A DNA stretch of 64,000 bases, taken from positions 180,979 through 244,978 of the forward strand of contig MU008217.1 of the NCBI GenBank assembly GCA_010909165.1. The letters run 5' to 3'. Position numbers and translations under genes: made by a program. The notes under the pieces were generated by a model that did not search any database, had not been told where the DNA came from, and saw only the letters and a list, made by a program, of their open reading frames with translations. Positions 50,301 to 62,045 of the stretch are shown here, one piece after another (positions within the stretch are counted from its first letter, which is position 1; every line of letters begins with the position of its first letter). The DNA is from Anthoceros angustus (lineage: Eukaryota; Plantae; Anthocerotophyta).

Positions 50301-51905
50301 TTAGTGTTGGCGAGACGCCAACAGTGAGAAGGGGAGTATGTGGACGACTTGGGGGTTAGAAATTAGGTAGGGTTTTGTTTTTTGTAGGAGCGAAGGATAA
50401 AATGAGGCGGAAAAGGAGGAATAAGCATGGATAGCACTCCCACTGGAGCTCCGACCGAGTGAGGAACGGACCGACCTATGGCGCCACGGTAACGGATAAG
50501 TCCGACCCACCTGTGACCAAACAGTGATAAGTACGGTGGAAAGTAACTTAGAAGTTGAGCCGGAGGATGACAGGCGACGCCACGTGACGGCCTCGAGTGG
50601 AGGGCATGCAGGTCAGCCTGCTGTGAGGCCACAGCAGGTATTCACGCGCGCGCGCCAGAAGGCCGAGTACGCGCGCGTAAGGCGCGAAAGCGAGGCGAAG
50701 GGCCGTAAGCCATGCACCGCGCTACGACAGGAAGAGGCGCCCCGCCCTTATTCCCGGCGCAAGGGGAAGGTCATTCGCTCACCGACAATTCCGCCTCGCG
50801 CCCGCAACCCGCTCTCGGGCGTATCTCGACGCCTGGGCACTCGAGCGGCTCACCGCTGAGGTTGGAGCAACAACGCGGAGGGCGCGCAACCGTCGGCCAC
50901 GACAAAGAACCAAGGGAGGAGAAGGCGGCGATGGCACCCAAAAGCTGCGGAAGTTTGGGAGCCATGGAACCTTGTGGAGCGCAACATTGTGACCCGCGCT
51001 ATCCGGACTTTGGGCCCCGGCCTGGAAGCGGAGAATTGGTGCAGGAGTGGCATTTGGATGTGTTCCATGGTCCGACCTTGACAACACACCGGGTCCGGAG
51101 TTTGCCCGAAGATGGGCGGCGGTCAACAAGGAGGTGCGGTCCAAGAACCTCCGGGAGGACCCAAGGCGATGGACCTTGAGGTCCCGAGGCCTACAACCGC
51201 CCAAGGAGGAAGAGGGTGGTGCCGAGCCCTCGGCGGGAAGATAGGTCACAAATGGCGCCGAGGCTCGACGCAAGGACCACCAACGGTTGATATCCGACCG
51301 GATGCCGAGTAAGGGCGGGGCCCGATCATTGTCCATCGAACCGCCACCAAGGTGGATCACCTTGGTGATAATTGGTATTCTCGCATGCGCTGCTGGGGAA
51401 GAGGGCGGACTGGGAAGGATTATCTTCGCCCGGCTTAGGTGAGGCTCGCAAGCTCAGGAGCGAGAAGCCTCGCCATCTGGCCGCCCCCATACCGATCCAT
51501 GTATGGGGCATTTCGAGCTCTCAAGGAAGGAGAGCTTGAGCGAGCCCAAAGGACCGGAGGCCCCCGCAAGTGGAGCGTGCAAGGGCGCCCGAGGTGGAGG
51601 CCGAAAGGCCAACGGACCCGGAGGAGGACGACTGGAGGATTGACTCCATACGCCCTGAACGGACCCCTCACCACCTGTGGAAGTATGGGAGGAACCCCTT
51701 CCTCCTCTGTGCCCCAAGAGACCAGCAGCAGGAGGCGCCCAACCCAATAGCCCACCCACTGTACCACAACCACTGAGCCCGACCAGGGAACCGAAGAGAC
51801 GCAAGACGGTTTTACCAACGGAAGACCTCGGTGCCAAGATTTTACCCGCCTACCTGAGTGGCAAGAAGTGAGGAAGCGGTAAGGAGGGCGTAGTGACGCC
51901 GCCTG

Positions 51906-54900
51906 TGTGGAGTGGACTACGACTTCCCCGGGGTTGGGAAATTAGGTAGGGTTTTGTTTTTTTAGGAGGATAAAATGAGAAAAAAAGGGAAATAAGAGCT
52001 AGCACCGACGCACCGAGTATACTCCGACCCGGAGTGGGAACGACTCAGGCCACGATGGCGCGCGACAAGGTAACGGATAAGTCCGGACCCACCCGTGACC
52101 AGCAGTGATAAGCACGCCGGAAAGTAACTTAGAAGTTGCCGTAAGGGACTAGAGGCGACGCCACGCGGACGACCCCGAGTGGAGGACGGCATGCGCTGGT
52201 CAGACCGTGAACCTTGTCAGCCGCAGAAGCAGGGTATTCACGCCCGGACGCGCGGGGCGGGCGCGCAGAGGCCAGTACGGGCAGCGTGAGGCCGCAGTGG
52301 GCCATGCACTTCCGCGCCAGGACGTGAGGCGCCGTTACCCCAAGGCGGGTCGAAGAAGGCTCACGCGCGCACGAGACACCGCGATCCTCGCCTCCGCAGC
52401 CCCGGCGGTATCTCGGGACAGTGACGCTCGCGCTGCTCACCGCTGAGGCTGAGCAACGCGCCAAGAAGGCGCACGCGCTGCCTCCCGACAAGCCGCCACA
52501 GAACCAAGGGAGGAGAGAAGGCGATGGCACCCAAAAGCCGCGAAGTTTGGGAGCCATGGAACCTTGTGGAGCGCAACATTGTGACCCGCGCTATCCGACT
52601 TTGGCCCGCCCAGGAAGCGGGAGAATTGGTGCAGGAGTGAGGGTGTGTCTGATGGTCTCGACATTTGACACACCGTCCGGAGTTGCCCGAAGATGCCGGG
52701 CGCGGTCAATAAAGAGGTGCCCAAGAACCTCCGGGAGGACTCATGGATGGACCTGAGGTCCCGAGGCATACAACCGCCCCAAGGAGGAAGAGGGAGGGTG
52801 CCGAGCCCCTCAAGGGGAAGATAGGGCCACCCAGCTGGCGTAAGCTCGACGAACGACCATCAACGGTTGGTCGACATCCGACCCGCTGACCGAGTAAGGG
52901 CGGGCCCGATCATTGTCCATCGAACTCACTACCAAGGTGGATCACCTTGGTGATACAGTATTCGCACGCTACCGCAATGGGGAAGAGGGCGATCGGGAAG
53001 GATTATCTTCGCCTGCTTAGCCAGGGCTCGCAAGCTCAGACCGAGAAGCCTTCCATCTGGCCGCCCCATACCCGATCCATGGGGGGCATTTCGAGCTCAA
53101 GGAAGGAGAGCTTGAGCGAGCGCCCGGAAGGACCGGAGGCTCGCCAAGTGGAGCGGGCAAGGGCGCCGGAGGGAGGAGGCCGCCGAAAACCAAACGGGAC
53201 GGAGGAGGACGACCGAGGGGATTCCTGACCCATACGTCCGAACGGACCCCTCACCACCCAGGTGGAAGCAATTCCCCGCCTCCTCCTTCCGTGCCCCAAC
53301 CACAAAGCCCAAGCCACCCCAGCAGCCCCCGCCACCGGCCATCACTCCTACCGAGGAGCCCACGACTGTGAGAGAGCCAAGAGACGCAAGACCACGGCTA
53401 CCAACGCGCACCCTGGCCGGTGCAAGACTCTTCCCCGCCGACCTGAGTGGCAAGAAGCGAGGAAGCAGAAGGAGGGCGTAGTGGGACGCCTGTGGAGCAG
53501 GAGGACACTGCGCAGATCCAGAGCCGGGTCCTGCCGCCGATGTGAAGGGGCAAAGGGCGTGCTCCTGACTCCATCACCTCCGCCGAGCCCTGTGAGGAAA
53601 AGGGTGAGAAGGAGCTCGCCAAAAGGGCCAAGGAGGGGAAGCTGAAAGACTCGTGACCTAAGGGTCCCGATTGTCCGGAGAACCCACCGACTTGCTCGAT
53701 CATATGGAGGAGGTCCTCGACGTGAGATGCCGCCCCGCCACGGACTTTGTGGGAGAGCCTCACCAGGCGGCCGTGGAAGAAACACGCTGGTCCTGCCACC
53801 GCCATGGACGGTATGCCTGGGGTCCGGCGGGATGGCCGAAGACCTGTGGAGGTAGAAGCCACCCGGTGAGGCGCATGGTACTCCTCCGTGAGCAGCTGGA
53901 GGGAGCCCAGAGGCGAGAAGGAAGGCCAAGCTCTGGATTGAGGAAGGAAACGCCGGAGGCGGAGAGGGAGGTCCGTCCATCCGCAAGGACCGGATTCAAA
54001 TTCCTTCACCGGAGGAACAAACAAGGCACTAAGGAGGCCCAAGCCGGGCGGAGGACCGCAGCAGAGGGGCGAGCGCAGAAGCGTAGGACGCCCGGGCAAG
54101 CGAACGGGCGGATCCGCGGAGGCAGGACCGACCGTAGAGCTGTCGAGAGGCTCAGTGAAGGTGGCCAAGGAGGCGGAGGCCACGGCGAAGGCCGATCGCG
54201 ATCACTATCGCGGATCGAACCGGTGGAGGAGGCGGCCGAGAGAGCCACGGCCAATCAAGGCCGAGCAAGTGGTCAAGGGAGCAAGTACTGGCCGAGTGAG
54301 GAGGCATCGGAGGCCAGCACCCGGGAGATTGGGGACCCTGTGGTGCACCAGGAGGTAGAAGGGCGGCGTGGAGCCGGAGGACAAAGAAGGACACTTGGAG
54401 TTGCAACCCAAGATGCACGGAGTGCAGGGGTTCTCAACGAGAGAATCCAAGACTTCGAGCGAGAGGTAGAACGCCTCCTCCGCTTGAAGACGGAGGGAGA
54501 ATAGGCGACGGCAAGGAGTTCGCCGCAAGGTTGCAGCAGGATGTGGCGGGAAGCCGTGAGCTGACGGAGCCCGCCTCGAGAAGGAAGTGGCACCTCCGGA
54601 AAGAATAGACGAGGGAAGAAAGCACCGGAGGAAAGGCTACTTGCTCGTCCCGCCAGGAAGTGTAGAAGGAGCTCACCCATGGCCCGTGAAATCAAGTGAG
54701 CCGGAACAACGAGGAGGAGGAGAACGAGCAAAGCAAGGTTGCAAGAGGTAACTGAGGCAGCCTTGACGGCCTCAAGAGTCCCCACCATACCGTAAGCTTC
54801 ACGGAGACTGCCACAGCGGGCGATCCGCCTGCTGAGAGCACCTCCGAGGAGGGAGTACGTGCCCGGCTCATGTAGAGGAGGCGATTCAAGCAAGTCGACC

Positions 54901-56379
54901 CGACTCGCCTTACTACCACGCAGAGCTCCTCAAGGCTCGAGGTCCCGCGCCACCCCAGGCAGGAGGGTGGACTTCAAGGGATGGAAGGAGGAGCGAGAGA
55001 GGACCTGGGACAAAGACAACTGCTGGAGTCCTAGGAGCTGCTTGATGACCGGCAGCAGCAGCCGAGGGAGAGCATGGAGGAACCGGAGGAGGAAGGTCGC
55101 TCACACCTGAGGTAAGACTCCAAGACCTCGCATGGAAGGACGAGGGAGGATCTTGGAGAGGAAGGGAAAGGGTGCAACCGCATTCGGGAACCAAGGGAGG
55201 GCTCGAGATGAACCCGTGACCAGCCCGTGAGGAGGCATGCCCAGAGCGAGGTCCTGACTTTGTCCGACTCGAGGAAAGGCCGATCCCGAGGTCCGCCTCA
55301 AGGAAGTCCGGACTTAGGGATCCAGACAGTGACGATCCGGACCCGAGGTCCCGACCCTGTGGAAGGGTTGGGTCCGTAAGACCGACCTCAGGGCAAGTCC
55401 GGCCCCGAGGACCTGACTCAGAAGAAGGCCGGCCCAGGAGACCTGGACCCCGAGGGAAGACCTGACCTAGAGGTCCTGGACCCGAGTCCAGACAGTGGTC
55501 CCGAGGTCCAAACTCGGGAGTGGGAGAGCCACCACCACCGATCCATTTGAGGGCCCACGCCAGGGGCCCGCCAGAGAGAGAGGGGAGGACGAGAAGTTGC
55601 TGTCGCCACGCGCAAATGGCTGCACTCGGAAGAGGAAGGGTCACCGGATCATCCGATTGCGCGCAAATGTGGGGGCTGGGGCCGCCAAGAAGGAATCGTA
55701 TCCATTTCACCACCGACCGCGATAGGCGGAATAGGCGTGGTAGTAGGCGGCGGTTAGGCACACGAAATGGCCCTCACCAATAGAGGTGTAATAAAGGCCG
55801 ACCTTCAGTAGTATAAGAGGGCCAAGGCCGCTCAATAAATCATCTTCTTGGTGTTGATGCTCTGCACCTTTGTGTGCCTCTAAACGTGAGTCCCGAGTCA
55901 CCAAGGTGCACGATACCCGGGAGATTGATCGTGTGGTCCCGTGACGACCTAACGTGTTGTGGTGTGCAGGAAGATCGGTGACCCGTCGTCCGGAGCCGCC
56001 ACCAAAGACCGAATCCGGACTGAACGTGTGAGCCGGAGGAACTCCGGAGGGCGCAGAGCCGGACGGAGAGGCCCGCGGAACGACGTGAGGAGGTCCGGAC
56101 TGTAACCCGCCTTTTTCCTAAGACCGATGAGTGTAGCGTGAGGGAGAGAGGAAAGGGCGGAAGTGTGGTGGCGAATGTGAGCGATCACGGACTTGACAGG
56201 TCCCTAAGCGTTTGCCATAGGGCTGTCACGGTGAGCGTTGTGTTAGGCGTAGTATGTGTGTTGTGAGCAGGCGCAAAGTGAGTAGAATCACACGAAGGCA
56301 GCAGCCTATCATTCCCTTGAGCGGACTTCTTCCTACAACGACCTTGATTTGTACGCGGCGGTGGCTGAGAAGTCAGCCA
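51906..56379 (+). mobile_element. Solo LTR of family 2 nested inside the 3' LTR of the same family
   Basis: Full LTR-length copy. The host LTR sequence GACGCC-TGTG|GAGCAG (intact at ~42475-42490 and ~53485-53500) is split across its two ends. Confidence 0.75.
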
Positions 56380-59300
56380 GAGCAGTCCTTGGCACCCGAG
56401 CAGTCCTGCCTCCGAAGCGAGGAAGAGGCAAGGGCTGCTCTGGGACCCCCTCCTCAGGAGCCTCAGGAAAAAGAGGGCGGAGAAGGACTACCGTGACCAA
56501 AAGGGCCAAGGAGGTGAAGCTGAGCTCAGACTGCTTTTCGAGACCTAAGGGTCACAGTGGAGTCAGGGCGGTCCGGACTTACTCGGGACTGCAGTATGGA
56601 GGTCCATGATCGGAGAAATGCCGCAGCTCCCTACGGACTTTGGGAGCCTCACGATGTGCGTGGAAGAAACACGGGCGGGTCCACGGCTTCTGAGCGTATG
56701 CTTTGGGGTCTCGGGATGGCCGAGAAGACCCAGGAGGTAGAAGCCACCCGAGGCGTATGGTACTCCTCCGGGGAGGCGGTTGGAGGGGCCCGGGAGGCCG
56801 GAAGGCCGAAGCTCTCGGCCGGGTGAGGAAGGAAGCGGGAGGCGAGAGGAGAAATCTGGTCCATTCGGGACGGACTAAATTCCAGTGGAGCGGCGGGCAG
56901 TAAGGAGGCCCAGCGAGGACCTCTGCAGGCGGAGGGTGGCCGGAGGCGGAAGAGGCCGGGCGCAAGCAGGCGGGCTGGGACTGGGAGGCGGCTGACTAGA
57001 CGAGCCAGGCTCGGTGAAGGTGGCGAGGCGGAAGCCGCGGCAAAAGACCGCGATCACTATCGGCGTGATCGGCCGGTGGAGGGGCTGGGGTAGCCAGCCA
57101 ATCGAAGGCGGCGGGCGTGGAGCAAGCCAGACCGTCTGCTGAGCCACGGAAATCCGGGGACCTCAGGCAGCGGGAGGAGGTAGAAGGGGCAGCGGAGGCT
57201 GGAGGGCAAGCAGACACTTGGGTTACAACTCAAGGCAGCGTCGGAGCAGCAAGGGGTTCTCAAGAGAGTCAAGACTTGAGGAGATGGGCGCCTCAGCTAC
57301 ACTGAAGATGGGCAGGGGCGGAGCAAGCGCGGACCGAGGCCGGGAAGCTCGCGACAAGGAGATGGAGGATCTCGGACTCAAGCTCCGTGAGGTGGAAGCG
57401 GCCAGCGGGGATGGAAGACCGCAAGGAGACCTTGGGCTGACTTCAAACTACCATTGAGAGGAATGGTAGTGCGGGCGTGGTCGCGGGCATGACATAGACT
57501 CCGGCTACATTGGCGGAACAGGCGATGGAACAGGAGGCGGGGCGTCGCCCGAAATGGAGAAGGGACAGGCGAAGCCCGATCGCGAGTTGCCCGGCCAAAT
57601 GCAGAGGAGATGGCGGAGTTATGACGAGAATGGGACGGAGAGCCACTGGAAGCAGACAAGAAGCTGCTTGGTCGATTGAGGAAGGCGGAAGAGCAGCTGC
57701 GTTATGGCTGGTAAGGCGCGGAGGCGAGCGGCAGGAGTTGGGCAGTGGAGCAGTGGCGGTTGCGGGGAGGTGGCCGGCGCCCTTGCACGCGTGGCGGCCG
57801 GCTCCGGCTATCAAACTGGCGGGGAGGTGGTCCAACAATGGGCAGCCTCCCCGGAGCACCTATGGCGAAGGGGTATGTGCTCCGGGCACCGTGGAAGAGG
57901 CAATCCAACAAGTGGATCTTGACTTTGCTATTACTACCGAGCTCCCTCTGCGAGGCCTCCCACCTCCGCAATAGATTTGACCCCTCGGAAGGCTCGAGAG
58001 GGAAGAAGAAGGCATGGGGACAAACGGGACTCCCAGGCTTTGGAGATGACTTGAATGGGAGAAGAGCCTCAAGAGGAGCGAGACGCAACTGACCTGTGGT
58101 AAGTTCACCGCAACCGCCTGGAGAAGGAGGTGACCTCAAAGGCGCATGAGGAGCCAACCCGACCCAAGACCGTTTGGGTAGGGATGAGGACCTAGCAAAG
58201 ACGAGGTCCATGAGAAGGGTCCTGAGTTTGGGGACCGGGACCAGACAAGTTGACCGAGGTCCGAACCCCTCAGACGAGGCCGGACCCAACGACCTGTGAA
58301 ATAAGACTGACTGGAGTTCAGACTGAGTCTAGACCGACCTCGAGGTCCCGGACCAGTGAAGAGGAGCCCTCTCACTTACGCTTAGGAGCAGATAATGGCC
58401 CCACCGTGAGGGGGACCCACGGGAGGCTGTGGAGGATGACGTTGTGGTAACGGCGGCCGCCGACCGCCACGGTGAGCCCAACCCGATGTGATTCCGGAGA
58501 AAGGAGGGGTCCCGCCACGGATCATCCGATTGGGTGCGCCTGCAATCGCTGGACGGGAGATTGACCACCAATCCCCATGGAACCCGGACCTTCCCACCCC
58601 ACCGACGAAGGAGATAGGGGAGGAAATAGGATGGTAGGCGGCCGATTAGGTATACCGAAATCCATCACCGTAATAGGTGTAATAAAGACGCCCGACTTGG
58701 GCGTAGTATAAGAGAGCTGGGGCTGCCACAGATAAATCATCTTTCTCTTGGTGTTGATGCGCGTTCTTGCGGACCCTTGTGTGTCTTCTTGCTAGCGTGA
58801 GTCCGAGTCACTCGGCCGAGCCACCGTCCGGAGAGATTGATCGGGGTTACGGTGGCCGAACCTAACGTGTTGTGGTGTGTGTGGGGAGGGGTGGCGGGAT
58901 CGTGCTCGTCAGAGCCCGGCCGGCCGAGCCGGACCGGCGTGGCCGGAGGGACTCCGGGAGGCGTCTGAGCCGGACGGAGAGGCAGCTGAGAAACGACGGA
59001 GGAGGTCGGGCGTGGTAACCGCGTCTTTCCTAAGGCCCGGTAATTAGTGTGTGATGGAAAGGCGGACTAGAGGTGGTGGCCAACGTGAGCGATGGGTGAC
59101 GGGTCCTTAGCGTTGGCCAGATGCGTGCGGTGAACGTTACGAGTAGTTAGCGCGGCGGTAATGTGTAATGGGTGAGGCGGACGCAAAGTAAGGCGAGAAT
59201 CGCTGAAGCAGCTAAGCAGACTGTCATTCCTGGCAGACTCCTTCCTACAACGACACGGATTGTGCGCCCGGTGCTGGCCGAAAGTCGCGCCTGGTGGGCG

Positions 59301-59499
59301 ATACCTAGATGATGGGAAAGCGCTTGCCAGCGCGTCGGACCTTCCCCGAGAACACCGGCGGACTAAGGCAAGGCGTCACTCTAAACAAGCGATCAGTGGC
59401 GAGGATGCCGCTGACCGCCACGACCTCCGCGTGGCCAACAAGATGGTGGAGAACAGCCTGGCGGTGTGCTGGGCACTAGTGAACAGAAAACCTATGTGA

Positions 59500-59815
59500 A
59501 TCATGGCATCTTTTGGAAACTTAGGGTTCTAGATGGTTCGACGGTGGGGTCAGATGGCGGGCTATGGTTGGAAGCCGGCGTTGAGTTACGCTTGCCGGGG
59601 TTCGGAGATCGGGGTTTGGATGCGGTTAGAGTTAGGGTTTGGAATCAAGAACCTAGGTTTGGTTGAGCAGGCGGTGGCGGCGTGAATGGCAAACCCTCGT
59701 AGGTTTGGAATCCGGCTCGGAATACTAGGTTCAGTAAATTCAAATCATCTTTGGTAGAGAGAGAACGGCGGCGCCGACAAAGGGAGAATGTCTAGGGTTT
59801 GCTGGCCTATATAAA
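59500..59815 (-). promoter_or_regulatory. Promoter/5'UTR-like block: TATATA followed on the minus strand by telo-boxes (AAACCCTA) and a CT-rich leader
   Basis: Minus strand reads GTTTATATAGGCCAGCAAACCCTAGACATTCTCCC...GTTCTCTCTCTACC, with further telo-box-like motifs at ~59520 and ~59635. Confidence 0.55.
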
Positions 59816-59819
59816 CGGC

Positions 59820-60420
59820 TTCTCCGAAGCCCTAGGTCTTTTTGCATGCTGTCTTTCGAAGGCCAAGGTGTTCCCGGCTCTGTTCCGAAGGCTTAGGCAT
59901 TTTGTCCAGTCTTTAGTTTCGCAGGCCAAGGTCTTTCAGGCTCTGTTTCGAAGGCAAAGGCCTTTTGCATGCTGTCTTTCGAAGGCCAAGGTGCTTCCAG
60001 GCTTTGCTCCGAAGGCTTAGGAGCTGTCTTGTCTCTAGTTTCGCAGGCCAAGGTTCTTTCAGGCTCTGCTCCGAAGGCTAAGGCCTTTTTTTGCATGCTA
60101 TCTTTCGAAGGCCAAGGTGTTCCAGGCTCTGCTCCGAAGGCTAAGGCCATTGTTCAAGTTTCGTACGCCAGGGTTCTTTCAGGCTCTGCTCCGAAGGCTA
60201 ATGCCTTTTTCCAGCCTTTGTTCGAAGGCCAAGGTCTCTCTGAAGTTTGTTTCGAAGGCCAAGGTCGTTTTGCTGCTCTGTTTTGAAGGTTCTTTTTCGA
60301 AGGCCAAGGGGTTTCCCAGGTCCGAAGGTCAAGGTGTCCCTGCTCCTAAGGTCAAGGTTGTTGCTGAGTCCGAAGGCCAAGGTGTTTTTGGCACCGAAGT
60401 CCAAAGTTTCTGTTAGCTTA
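59820..60420 (+). repeat. Degenerate tandem array with core TTTCGAAGGCCAAGGT / GCTCTG(T/C)TCCGAAGGC (higher-order period roughly 55-65 bp)
   Basis: More than 15 core copies visible. Confidence 0.9.
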
Positions 60421-62045
60421 AAGGTTAAGGCCTTTCGCTCCCATGTGAAGTCGCGGTCCTTTTGCGTTTTACGTTGTTCTCTGTTGCCTCGTTGTCTCCA
60501 TTGTTGTTTTGGCTCTTGTTGTTTTGTGCGCTTTTGGTGTTGTGTACATCGCTATGGCGGATAGTGTGTCGGCTAAACACGGTCTCTATTTGCATCGGCT
60601 TGTTTCGTATCTTTAATACGCTATTGAAGGTGTTCTTTGCTTATGCGCGTCTTGCTTCTTATTCCTTGGGGTATGACTCTTTGCATGCTAAGATGTTATC
60701 GATTCCTCTCTTGATCACATCTCTCGTTGCTAGTTGATTGATTCTCGTTCTTTGTAGTTTTCTCGTTCGTTGTTGATCTTGTTTCTTTGTTGGCATGCCG
60801 ACGTCGATGGTGTCACGCTTGGCTTTTATAAGCGATAGCGATAACTCTCTTCGATTAAGAGCTTTGAGCTTCGTGGTTAGTTGAAACTTATTTGTCGTTA
60901 GAGGCGTTTGTCTGTGATTCTTGGATTCTTTATTTCCCCTTCTATGGAAATCTGTTGTTTGTTATTTGTTTGTTTGTTGGAAGTGTCCCTTATATCTGTT
61001 CGTTTTGATGTTCTCTGGTTTCGTGGCTTGGTATCATTTTGTTTGTCTCACCTGTTTTCTTGTGCTGATGCTTTGTCCCGTGATCTGCGTTCTAACTTCG
61101 TTAGTTAGGTGTCTGTTACTTTGTTTTGACTCCGTGTAGTAATGTTCTTGCAACTTTGCTTGAATGTGTGTTTGTTGTTTGTTTTAGCAGTGAAAGGTTC
61201 TGTATGAGCTATTATCTCCTTGTGACAGCGTTTGCTTTTTTTTTCGTGTTTTCTTACTCTCTGCTCGCTTCTTTTGATGCAGTCAAGTTTGCCGGTTGAA
61301 GTTGAGGACGTAATAGGGGACTCAGTTCGGGACGTCACCGAACGTCTGTTGTTTCAACTGTGTTTCAATATTCTTTCTTTAACAGACTCCGCGCAATATC
61401 GGCGGATTCTTGAAAGCCTCTTTTGCGCTTTGGGCGGAGGTTGCCACCCCTTTCTCATATCAAGCAAAACACGTGTTTTTAAAAGAGATGTCTTTGAATG
61501 AGTTCCACTTAGAACAATGTAAGTAATATCGAGGTTTTTCCATGTATGCACACTTTTGTTTGATGCGGTCGTCCGGCGCACCCTTCAGACTTACTGGGAA
61601 AGGCGGTGCGCACTATGGGTCCAAAACACGTAATATGCATTCAAATCAAAGTCGGGCATTTTCCACGAAGGGTCAAAAGCAGAATTATACGGTCAACGGA
61701 CGAGCCCCTCATCTACAAGTCACAGCTACCCAAAGGGTCATCTACTTCAACCAAATTGAGCTCCGAATCGCACCGTTTCTACATTTTCCAAATCCGCCTT
61801 TCCGTGTCACCAAAGTCGCCTTCAACACCAAAGCGAGCGTCGGAGCCTCTGTATGCGGTGGTAGTGTGCCGTTTTCATCCCATATTGTCAATGCCGGTTG
61901 GTCTTCAACCGGCGGTCGTCACAGTGCTGCGAGTCCTTCATTCGACCCTTCTTTCCAAGCAAGCTATACACTTGCATTTTCATCAATGCCTCTGCCAGAT
62001 CTCCTTTGCCCAAAACTTGCAGGGCCCGCGAAAACTTATCTGTTG

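Larger units (their letters stand above)
40918..59291 (+). mobile_element. Athila/Tat-superclade (non-chromovirus) Ty3/gypsy retrotransposon (family 2) with ~4-kb LTRs and a GGTGG target-site duplication
   Basis: 5' LTR TG 40918 to CA 44972. PBS-like TGGCGCTGCCGGGA at 44976 resembles the tRNA-Asp PBS TGGCGCCGTTGCCGGGGA. PPT GAGAAGGGGAG 50326-50336. 3' LTR 50339-51905 plus 56380-59291. GGTGG flanks both ends. Confidence 0.85.
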
